From positions 84,225-148,224 of the forward strand of contig SVIQ01000002.1 of assembly GCA_015069415.1 (NCBI GenBank): a stretch of DNA of 64,000 nt, read 5' to 3'. Both the position numbers and the translations under genes were made by a program. The notes beneath the pieces were generated by a model. That model was given only the letters and a program-made list of their open reading frames with translations, was not told the DNA's origin and ran no database searches. Of the stretch, positions 17,734 through 27,005 are shown in pieces; within the stretch, counting starts at the first letter, position 1, and each line of letters begins with the position of its first letter. Origin of the DNA: Clostridiales bacterium. GTDB taxonomy: Bacteria; Bacillota; Clostridia; Christensenellales; UBA1242.

Positions 17734-20700
17734 ATGTCAAAACGAATATTCAAAAGATTAATCCTTGCGATTATGATTACATTGACTTCAATAATTGTTC
17801 TTGGCTGTAAAAGTAATAAAGTAGCAGTCAAAGATATTTATTTCGATGAACCTGAAAAAATTGTTTTACTTGTTGGTGAAGAGTATACTCCTAAAGTTTC
17901 TATTAGTCCAACTTATGCAACAAATAAAAATTATTTTCTTACTAGTTTAAAAGAAACTGTTGTAAAAGTTCAAAATGATAAGATTGTGGCTCTGTCTGGC
18001 GGAGATGCTATGATTAGGGTGACAAGTGAAGATAAAAAGAAATTGCAAGACATAATGACTGTGTCGGTAGTTGATGAAATTGAAACTCTTCAAACTCCAG
18101 TGTCTTTAAGATACGATAGTGCTAATCAAATGATAGGTTTCAATGCTGTTAACAATGCTGTTAAATATATTTTAGAAATTGATGGTGAAGAAATTGATTT
18201 GGGTAACAGTACTAGTTACAGTTTGTCGAAATATGCTGTGAATCATCAGGCGTATGATAAGATGTTGAATGTTAGAGTAAAGGCTATTGCTCCAAGCTAT
18301 ACCAAAGCTTATGAAAATTCACCTTACTGTGAAATGGTTTCATTTTACCAGAATTCGTCGGTAGAAAATGCTAAAGTCCAAGGTGGAGTGTTGACATTTG
18401 ATAAAAAAGAAGGAACTGTTAGCAACATTTATCTAAATGACACGCTTTATATTGAAGGGACTAATGCTAATCAGATAGATTTAACCGGGTTAGATCCAAG
18501 ATTTGCGGGAACAAATATTTCTGTTAAGGTAAAGGCATATCTTTCAAATAAAGATGAGAATGACGGTTATTTTATGTCTCAAGAGGTGTCTGTTCCTACT
18601 TATTGTTTAGAAATTCCAAGTCTGACTGTTGATGGTGCGATAATTAGTTGGCAAAACATTTCAAAATCTTCGAATTATAAAATTTCGATAGATAACAATG
18701 ATTATGTCTCAAAAACAAACTATATAGATTTGAGTGAAGAGAAATTCAATTGGTTAGTGTTTAGAGATACTGGATATGTTGCATTTGTTGACACAGTTCT
18801 TGTTTCTGAGTCTGAAAATATAATTAAGACTAGTGCAAGAAGTAGTATCTCTTTCAATAGGTTTACAGCTCCTGAAGTTTCGCTTAGTGGTCAAAATGTT
18901 AATTTTACAACAACAAATGCTAATTTGTATTCGGTAACGCTAACAAGTGCTAATATGACATATACTGCTACGACATCTAATACATATTTTAATTTGGGAG
19001 GATATGAATCAGATAGAAATTATACTTTGTCGGTTAAAGCAAATGGTAAAGATATAAATGGTACTTATTTTATTTCTTCTCCATTGGTTACAAAAGAATT
19101 TAAGAAACAAGACGATCCTAATTTGTCGGTTGAAAATTATTTAGTAAAATTTAACGAAGATGTACAAGACGATTATCTTTTAACGATTGATGACAAGGAT
19201 TTTGGGATAATTAATAATGATTATGATTTAAGTCCATTTGTGTTTGAAAAAGGAAATCATGTTTTGGCGCTAACCCATTTGGGAAATTATGAAGATGAGA
19301 AGCCTTCGATTGATTCAAATACAATTGTTTGGAATTTTGCTCAACTTGCAAAAGTAGAAAGAAAAAATATAGCTATTTCAAATTCGATATTTAATTTGAC
19401 TAGCGATGAAGTAAATATTGTCAATAATGCAAAACAAATAATTATCACGAGAACTGAAGACGATGAAGAAAAGTTTACAACAGAAGAATTAAATTTTGCA
19501 TATAATACAGCTCGAATAAATGATGAAAATTATCTTGAGTCGGGAAAATATTACACAACAGTGCAAGTAATCGGAGATGGCTCTAGAACGTTCTCATACA
19601 GAGAAAAGGTCGACGATGTCATGACTGTAGTTGATTGTGCGAAAGTGGAATTTGAGGTTTTAAGAGCTCCGGTTTTAAATTACGAAGTTCCAAGTCCTGA
19701 AAATCCTGGTTATACAAATACAATTTATTTTGATGCAATAGACAATGCTGTTAGGTATAATTTGAGAAGAAACGGGCTTACTCCTCCGGGGTACAATGAA
19801 AGCTCAACAAGATTTTCTTATGCTGTAAAAGACGGCGAACAAGTTGATTATCTTGTAAAAGCATGCGGAGACGGTGTTCATTTCTTAGATTCATGCGATT
19901 CAAATCTTGTTTCATTGAGATCTTTGGTGGCTCCAAGAATCGGATTTGATAATGTTACTAATTCATTGTATTTAGTAGAAGAATCCGAGCCGAATTATGG
20001 TGTTGGTGGATATTGGCTTACATATAATGGATATATTTCTTCATGTAAATTGGGTCAAGATATTTATGAAACAATGCCAATTGTTGCAAATCAAAATAAT
20101 TTGGTTGGAGCAAGAGCATTCACAATAGATCAAACCGAAGACAACGATACAGTTTGGGCTCCTCAGGGTATTTACTTTATTGCGTCCGGAGATTCTGAAT
20201 CTTTGAATATTTCAAGAATAGATTCACAGACTTTGGTTAGTGTTGAAAATGTTAGCAATAATTTAGATTACCATGACAATTTAATTCTTCAACCAAGCCA
20301 TGGTAGAGAATATAACTTAAGATTAAAAATTGAAGTTGATTCAGTAGTTTATAATTTTGAAACTGTACAAGGAACAAGAGTTCTTCGTTGCGATACATGC
20401 TTAAAAAATCATGCAGGGGAGCATGATGAAGCTTGTTACGAAATAAATTACAGTTATGATTACGCTGGTAAATACTACATTCCTCTTTTAAATAGTATGT
20501 TTGATTCTATTGTTCCAAATGAGGAATTTAAAAACGTTTTAGTAAATGTTGAATATTTTGATGCTCCTGGAACAATGAATGCAAAAAGTGGTTTTTGGAC
20601 TCAAAATGTTGAGTTAAAGTTTACAAATCAAACAGTTCTTGAAAGAAGAAATCAAGATATTGTAATTAAAAATATTGATGCGGACAGAGATTATTCTAAT

Positions 20701-23700
20701 TTTGCATTGCTTTTAAATGGCGACAATTTAATGATGCTAGATGAGACATGTGAAAAGAAAGAAAATGAAATCTTTGTAAGCATGGACAAGATTTACGAAG
20801 CTTTGGGAGATAAGTTTGTAGAGACTAATTCAATTTGTGCTGTTACTATTAATAATTTGGATGAAAAAACAATTTCAAGAAAAAGTGAACCAATTTATTT
20901 TGAGATTTATAAAACAGTCGATTTAACAACGTCTAAAGATAATTCTACTGATGATAATTCTGTAAAAATTACATTTGCAACAGAATTTACAGAATATGAA
21001 AAAGATTATTATTTGATAATTCAAGATGAATTAGAAAATTTTGAAATCTTGTCTTACTCTCATCCTGAAATGCAAGCTGAAAATAGACAAGTTGTTGTAA
21101 ATTTAGATGAGCAATTAACTAAACTTAAAGAAGAAAAAAGCTTGACATTCGGTAAAAATCTGTCAATTTCTATTATGGTAACAAGTAATGGAAATTACGT
21201 AAAAGACGACAAAACTATTTATGTTTACAATTCAAGGATTTCAGCTCCTTTAACATATGTAATGGTTGATGAAGCTACAGAAGTATCTTCTGTTGGTGGA
21301 ATTTTAACATTTGCGGAAAAATCTAATGTTACTGGATATGAAATTTATCGCTTAGTGGATGGAATTTATAAAAAGGAAAATATTGGATTAATTCCGGCAG
21401 TTGATGGATTTGTAAGATATGATTTAAATACGCTTGCTGGAACACAAAGAATTAAAATTAAATCAGTGGCTTCGACTGTTTACGAAATGGGTGGATACAC
21501 CAACTCATTCTTGACAGACGAAATACTTGTTACAAAATTGGAAAGTCCAATTGTGAATTTAGAGCATGGTGAATTTGTTTTAAGCATGTCTGTTGAGGGT
21601 GCTAGCAAATTTAAGACATTAATGCTTGATGATAGTGTGAATTTGTTTGTACAAGTAAAAAATGCAACATACAATAAAGAAATTACAGTGAATTTGAAAG
21701 AATTGACGACTGGATGCGGAGTTGTTTATTATGAAGATGACAGTTCCAATATCCTTGCAATTGATCCATATTTAATAATGAATTATGGAATTGAAAACAT
21801 TGTTAATGAAGAAATCAAATTCGCATTCCTAATTGATTGTGCAAATACTATAGATGATTCACTTTATATAAATAGCAATCTTTCAAGTGCGTCTTTTGCG
21901 GGATTGTTTGCTCCGTCTAATATAACCAAAACAACATTTGATTTGGGTAGTGGAGAATATGTTGAATTCATGGCGTGGACTCCTAGTGAAAAGAATAAAA
22001 ACATTGAAGTTGGTTACGTGTTTAGATTGAGCTATAGAGATAATGTGTACTATTCAAATGACTCAGCTTTAAAATATTTAGACAATGGAGTGTTCAAATC
22101 TTACGGAAAATACATTGAATCAAATGCTAATGTTCCTTTCCCTTATGCTTATGATAAAGATAGAAACGGATATATTAATCCGTCTGAAATTTTAGTCGAT
22201 GGATTGTATTCGGTAATGGTTAAATCTGTTCCTATATTAAATGCTGAAAATTATTGTGCTTCTAAGTACTCAGAATCATGGCAATTTGAAATTTTGCCTT
22301 CTCCAGTTATTCGTGTAGAAAATGGTCAAATTACATGGGATAAAGTTACAAATGCAAGTGAATACTCTTTGGTTGTAACGGATGTGGAAACTTCTGCAGT
22401 TAGCGATCTTACTATTTATGATTCTACAGAAAATGTTGTAGTTGTAAATGATGAAAGTTTGTTTACTGATGGAAAACTTTACACAGTTACAGTTCAAGCT
22501 AAAAACACTAAAGATACAAATATTTTAAACGGCAGATTGAGTGAAGAGTTTTATGCTTACAAACTTTCAAACGAAGATACTTCAGCGTACATTGACGACG
22601 GAAATTTATTTGTTGTAACGAATATTTATCACAGTAAAATGATAATAGAATTCGAGTTTTCAACAGATTCAACTAAAAAACAATCTGTAATCTTTGATGC
22701 TAGCGCGATTGCTTTACAGAATTTAAATGCGTTCAAAGTTTCAAATAATGTAACTAATTTAATAAATACAACATTAGAACAAAGAAATGATTTAAAAGAA
22801 AATTCTGTTTACAAAGTCAAAATTAACAATAATGAAATTTTACCTTTAATAGAAGGTCAGAACTACAAAATTAATGTAAAATTAATAGGTAACAATGACA
22901 ATTCATTCGCTTTGTTGAATTCGTCAGTAAATGAAAATGTTTCTTCGTTGATGGCTGGTAAATTGACAGCTGAAAACATTTACACAGTAAATAATGGTTC
23001 GGTAACGTTTAAAAAGCCTACAACTACGGCATCTCTAAAGTACAAAATTAATGATACTGAAGATGAAATTTTGAACAATAGTGGAATTTTCAAAATTAAA
23101 ATCAAAAGAAATGATTCTGAGGATGTGATTTATGCAATAGATTACTCAGTACTTGATGAATCAAATTCTAAATTTGTGAAACAAGACGTCGGAAGTTTGT
23201 GGGGTTACTACTTATTTACAGATTCTAAAGGTAATAATGTTTATTTCAATATATTTAAAAATAATACAATAAATTTAAACTCTTACAGCGAGATTAAATA
23301 CTACTTGAACGACTATAATGCTGATTACAATTTAATAGGTACTGGCGAAAGCGTAACTATTGATTTGGAACAAGGTGGATCATTTGGATTTACTTTTGCT
23401 CTTGTTGGAGGAGATGTTGATTCTGACATTGGTTATTTAACTTCTAACGAAAGAGAAACAAACACATTTACTCGTTACAAGATGAATGAAGTTTCGGCTC
23501 ACAATGGTAAATTTAAATTCTTAGATTTGTACGATGAAACATTGCAAGACGTACCAGTTTACAAATTAACAACAAATCCTTTAAATGTTGAGGAATATAC
23601 AAATATTTATTTGTATTATCCAAGCTTTACTGAGGAAGAAGTAAAAGAGTATATTGGGGACAATTTTGCACATTATGTGGAAATCTCACAAGATATGCAC

Positions 23701-26385
23701 CTAGAAGATGAAGGCGGAAAGTATATTATCTTTGACTTGTCTAATTATCTCGGTGAAGATTTAGGTTATAATGTTGATTTGAAAACTTTAGTTGGTCCAA
23801 AGAGTGATAATAATTATTTGATTAATTCTTGTGGATTGAACAAAAAGACATCATTAAGTAAAATGCCAAATGTTGAATTTGCTTTAGATGAAGATGGTAG
23901 ACTAGATTTTACAAATGCATACATTTTAAACGGAAAAGATTCGGTTTATTCGACCGATTACGAAATTGTCGTAGAAGGAAATGGAACAGTTAATGTTTTA
24001 ACAATTAAAACGTCTGATGCTTATGCAAGAATTTACACTGCGGAAGATTTGGAAAAACATGTCTTATACATGCTTTCAAATGCTGTAAATAACTTTAGAT
24101 TTAAGTCGGGTGTAATTTACAAATTTAGCATGAGAGCTTTAGCTCCAGCAGGCTCTACATATATTCTCGATGGTCAAATTTCAAATGAAAAAGAATTTAC
24201 AAAAATGGCTGACATTACAGGTTTGAAGATCGAAAATGGCGAAATTAAATGGAATAATAATTTCGAAAACGGTGTAACAATTAGATTGTCTAATGAGTAT
24301 GGACATATCATTGAAATTGATGTGGAAAACGACGACAATAAAGATGTTATGTCGTATGCAATTAGTGACAATATGTACACCTTACTTGGCACAAGTTTAC
24401 AACAGCATGTTTTAGGTGAAGTTCCTTACTTGTTGCAAATTAGCGCTAGAGGAAATTCTACAAGTGTTTTAGCAAGTGGATTTACAGAAGGAACAGTTGT
24501 TTCAAGATTAAAACAAGTTAACAGTTCTACAATTCAGACTTACAATGGAATTTTAGTTTGGGAAGATATTGCAAATGTTGATCATTATGTGATTACTGAC
24601 AATTTGGGAAATGTCTACACATCAAAAACTAATTCATTGGTTGTTGCAGGAGTTGAAGAAGGTGCTTACACATTTACAGTGAGAGCTGTTGGTGCAAACT
24701 ACTTAAATTCTCAAATTTCTTCAAGTAGTGTATCATTGATTAAACTTGATAATATAAACGGAACGGGAATTGACATTGTAGGAAATGTTGTTAGTTGGAA
24801 TAAGGTGGCGGAATTTGAAAATATTGGCTACTTAGTTCAAATAAATGATTTAGTTCCTCAAATTATAACAGACAACAAAGTGGAAATTCCAGATAGTGTA
24901 AATGGTGAAATCACAGTAAAAATAACTGCAATTGGTGTAGGATTCACAACATATCTAGCGTCAGATGAACTTGTTGTTGAATTAAATGAAAGACCTAAAC
25001 AAGTTCAGGTGTTTGATTATGATGAAGAAAATTATGAAATTTACTTTGAAATCAATCCATCTGACTATGTTTCTGGAGATGTGTTCTTAATTAAGTACAA
25101 ACTTAACGACGAAAAAATCACAAGACAATTTAATGTGGAATTTAATGGAAACTCTAGATATGTGCATAAATTGATAGAGATAGGAACTTACAAAGATTTA
25201 ACAATTGAAGTTGTAAGGTCTGGAACTGTGAATTCTGTCGTAACAACTTGTGATGGTCAAGCAGAATTCAAGTTATTTGCAAGCGGAAATGGAGATTCAA
25301 ATCCTTATGTAATTACAAATGCAGAACAATTGTTAAATATTAAGCATTTTACAAGTGCAAAATTTGCAATCACATCTCAAATTGTGCTGACTGCTGAACA
25401 ATTGAAACAAAATTTAAGTTTGGGATATGTAATTAGCGAAAACTTCTCTGGACACATTGAAGGAAATGGAAATTATGTGAAATTTGAAGATGTTACGCTA
25501 AATAACAATCAAAACTTTGCATTATTTAAGAATTTAACTAACGCTACGATAAAAAATGTTAATTTTAACAAAGAAAATGCGACAAAAATATCAAAAATGT
25601 TTGATAATTCTAATTCAAATGTGTTAAACTTAACAATAATAGCAAGTACTGTAACTTCATCTGCAATGGAAAATGTTAACATTGACAATTTTGAGATTAG
25701 TTTAGTTAACAATTTTGGAAAAGATGTGTTCGTCGCTGGATTTGCTGTTAGTGCGACAAATTCTACATTTACAAATTGTAAAGTGGGATTAAAAGTTGAC
25801 ACAACGAGTACGTATTTGATGAGTTCAAACAACATAATTTCTGGCGTTGCTTGTACTATGACAAATTGTACTGTTAATGGTCTCGCTAATGATTTAGAAA
25901 TTGTTGGCGCTTTGACTAACGTGAAATATGCTGGTGGAATTGCTGGAGAAATCAATTCAGGAGCTATTTCAAATGTTGTCGCAAATGTAAAATTTACCGA
26001 CATTAGAGTTGCAAATGCAGGTGGATTGGTTGCTTATCAGTCTGGTTCTGGTGAAATTAGATTTGAAAATGTTGATGTAACATTGGATTATCACGAAAAA
26101 ACTTCTAATGGATTGTCTGGACAAAATGTTGGTGGAATTTTAGGAACAAGCAGAAAAGCTTTCGTTTCAGGAAAAGTTAAATTTAATTACACTAATCTAA
26201 ATGAAAGCATAGTAGGTTCAGTCGGAGCAGTGTCGGGCGTGTTGGCAGGAGGTTTAACAACAAATCTTGACATAACAATAAATGACGTTGCTTACACTGG
26301 CGATATAAATAATAAAACAACAAATTCGCTTGTTGGAACTTATGGAACGGCGAATTTGGGAGGAAGCATTTCAGAGGGGGATTAA
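17734..26385 (+). CDS. giant surface lipoprotein (2883 aa): Ig-like N-domain, many FN3-like repeats, C-terminal GLUG/beta-helix domain
   Basis: Lipobox VLGC; Big_2-like (ISPTYATNK...GGDAMIRV); repeats LxxP...I[ST]W..V.NA..Y; C-terminal FASGNGDSNPYVITNAEQL and GGIAG/GGLVA/GGILG repeats. Confidence 0.85.
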   Translation: MSKRIFKRLILAIMITLTSIIVLGCKSNKVAVKDIYFDEPEKIVLLVGEEYTPKVSISPTYATNKNYFLTSLKETVVKVQNDKIVALSGGDAMIRVTSEDKKKLQDIMTVSVVDEIETLQTPVSLRYDSANQMIGFNAVNNAVKYILEIDGEEIDLGNSTSYSLSKYAVNHQAYDKMLNVRVKAIAPSYTKAYENSPYCEMVSFYQNSSVENAKVQGGVLTFDKKEGTVSNIYLNDTLYIEGTNANQIDLTGLDPRFAGTNISVKVKAYLSNKDENDGYFMSQEVSVPTYCLEIPSLTVDGAIISWQNISKSSNYKISIDNNDYVSKTNYIDLSEEKFNWLVFRDTGYVAFVDTVLVSESENIIKTSARSSISFNRFTAPEVSLSGQNVNFTTTNANLYSVTLTSANMTYTATTSNTYFNLGGYESDRNYTLSVKANGKDINGTYFISSPLVTKEFKKQDDPNLSVENYLVKFNEDVQDDYLLTIDDKDFGIINNDYDLSPFVFEKGNHVLALTHLGNYEDEKPSIDSNTIVWNFAQLAKVERKNIAISNSIFNLTSDEVNIVNNAKQIIITRTEDDEEKFTTEELNFAYNTARINDENYLESGKYYTTVQVIGDGSRTFSYREKVDDVMTVVDCAKVEFEVLRAPVLNYEVPSPENPGYTNTIYFDAIDNAVRYNLRRNGLTPPGYNESSTRFSYAVKDGEQVDYLVKACGDGVHFLDSCDSNLVSLRSLVAPRIGFDNVTNSLYLVEESEPNYGVGGYWLTYNGYISSCKLGQDIYETMPIVANQNNLVGARAFTIDQTEDNDTVWAPQGIYFIASGDSESLNISRIDSQTLVSVENVSNNLDYHDNLILQPSHGREYNLRLKIEVDSVVYNFETVQGTRVLRCDTCLKNHAGEHDEACYEINYSYDYAGKYYIPLLNSMFDSIVPNEEFKNVLVNVEYFDAPGTMNAKSGFWTQNVELKFTNQTVLERRNQDIVIKNIDADRDYSNFALLLNGDNLMMLDETCEKKENEIFVSMDKIYEALGDKFVETNSICAVTINNLDEKTISRKSEPIYFEIYKTVDLTTSKDNSTDDNSVKITFATEFTEYEKDYYLIIQDELENFEILSYSHPEMQAENRQVVVNLDEQLTKLKEEKSLTFGKNLSISIMVTSNGNYVKDDKTIYVYNSRISAPLTYVMVDEATEVSSVGGILTFAEKSNVTGYEIYRLVDGIYKKENIGLIPAVDGFVRYDLNTLAGTQRIKIKSVASTVYEMGGYTNSFLTDEILVTKLESPIVNLEHGEFVLSMSVEGASKFKTLMLDDSVNLFVQVKNATYNKEITVNLKELTTGCGVVYYEDDSSNILAIDPYLIMNYGIENIVNEEIKFAFLIDCANTIDDSLYINSNLSSASFAGLFAPSNITKTTFDLGSGEYVEFMAWTPSEKNKNIEVGYVFRLSYRDNVYYSNDSALKYLDNGVFKSYGKYIESNANVPFPYAYDKDRNGYINPSEILVDGLYSVMVKSVPILNAENYCASKYSESWQFEILPSPVIRVENGQITWDKVTNASEYSLVVTDVETSAVSDLTIYDSTENVVVVNDESLFTDGKLYTVTVQAKNTKDTNILNGRLSEEFYAYKLSNEDTSAYIDDGNLFVVTNIYHSKMIIEFEFSTDSTKKQSVIFDASAIALQNLNAFKVSNNVTNLINTTLEQRNDLKENSVYKVKINNNEILPLIEGQNYKINVKLIGNNDNSFALLNSSVNENVSSLMAGKLTAENIYTVNNGSVTFKKPTTTASLKYKINDTEDEILNNSGIFKIKIKRNDSEDVIYAIDYSVLDESNSKFVKQDVGSLWGYYLFTDSKGNNVYFNIFKNNTINLNSYSEIKYYLNDYNADYNLIGTGESVTIDLEQGGSFGFTFALVGGDVDSDIGYLTSNERETNTFTRYKMNEVSAHNGKFKFLDLYDETLQDVPVYKLTTNPLNVEEYTNIYLYYPSFTEEEVKEYIGDNFAHYVEISQDMHLEDEGGKYIIFDLSNYLGEDLGYNVDLKTLVGPKSDNNYLINSCGLNKKTSLSKMPNVEFALDEDGRLDFTNAYILNGKDSVYSTDYEIVVEGNGTVNVLTIKTSDAYARIYTAEDLEKHVLYMLSNAVNNFRFKSGVIYKFSMRALAPAGSTYILDGQISNEKEFTKMADITGLKIENGEIKWNNNFENGVTIRLSNEYGHIIEIDVENDDNKDVMSYAISDNMYTLLGTSLQQHVLGEVPYLLQISARGNSTSVLASGFTEGTVVSRLKQVNSSTIQTYNGILVWEDIANVDHYVITDNLGNVYTSKTNSLVVAGVEEGAYTFTVRAVGANYLNSQISSSSVSLIKLDNINGTGIDIVGNVVSWNKVAEFENIGYLVQINDLVPQIITDNKVEIPDSVNGEITVKITAIGVGFTTYLASDELVVELNERPKQVQVFDYDEENYEIYFEINPSDYVSGDVFLIKYKLNDEKITRQFNVEFNGNSRYVHKLIEIGTYKDLTIEVVRSGTVNSVVTTCDGQAEFKLFASGNGDSNPYVITNAEQLLNIKHFTSAKFAITSQIVLTAEQLKQNLSLGYVISENFSGHIEGNGNYVKFEDVTLNNNQNFALFKNLTNATIKNVNFNKENATKISKMFDNSNSNVLNLTIIASTVTSSAMENVNIDNFEISLVNNFGKDVFVAGFAVSATNSTFTNCKVGLKVDTTSTYLMSSNNIISGVACTMTNCTVNGLANDLEIVGALTNVKYAGGIAGEINSGAISNVVANVKFTDIRVANAGGLVAYQSGSGEIRFENVDVTLDYHEKTSNGLSGQNVGGILGTSRKAFVSGKVKFNYTNLNESIVGSVGAVSGVLAGGLTTNLDITINDVAYTGDINNKTTNSLVGTYGTANLGGSISEGD

Positions 26386-27005
26386 TGAATTACAACGAGG
26401 GGCATCTAGAATACAAAACATTTAATTTCTTTAGGCAATTGCTGTACTATATTGCCCTCTCTGTTTGTGTTCTTTTGGTTGTGACTTTAATTTTAGTTAA
26501 CTTTGGTGGTTTCAAATTATCACACGTAGTTAGTAACAGTCAAAAACCATATGTCTACGCAGGAGATATGATTTTAGTCAAAACCGAAAAAGAATATAAG
26601 GTTGGCGATATTCTTCAATTTGATAAAGGTTTGGATAAAAGTGTTACACACAGATGTGTGAGAATTGTGGAACACAATGGAAAAAATTACTATGTTTGTC
26701 ATGGAGATGCTGTTCAAAATACAGACGGATCTTATGGAAAAAGTTGGAAGTGGGAAGTTGAAAGACTTAAAAATATGACTTATTCCGAAATTGCAAACGA
26801 AAACATTGTGGACAATGTTCAAATAATTACAGAAGAAAACATAGAAGGAAAAGCTGTTATGTGTTTTTCTGGATATGGCAAATGCTTTGAATTCGTTCAA
26901 AAGCACACTTATCTTTTAATTGCTATGATTGTTTCTATCTGGTGTGTTTGTACAACCATTGAGTATGAATTAGAAATGAGAAACACTAGGAGGATGTTCT
27001 TATAG
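26385..27005 (+). CDS. sipW: SipW-type (S26B, Ser-His) signal peptidase I
   Basis: N-terminal TM, VVSNSQKP (SGSMEP box), GDM, GDI, VTHR, HGDA, C-terminal TM; followed by SipW-class substrates. Confidence 0.85.
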   Translation: MNYNEGHLEYKTFNFFRQLLYYIALSVCVLLVVTLILVNFGGFKLSHVVSNSQKPYVYAGDMILVKTEKEYKVGDILQFDKGLDKSVTHRCVRIVEHNGKNYYVCHGDAVQNTDGSYGKSWKWEVERLKNMTYSEIANENIVDNVQIITEENIEGKAVMCFSGYGKCFEFVQKHTYLLIAMIVSIWCVCTTIEYELEMRNTRRMFL

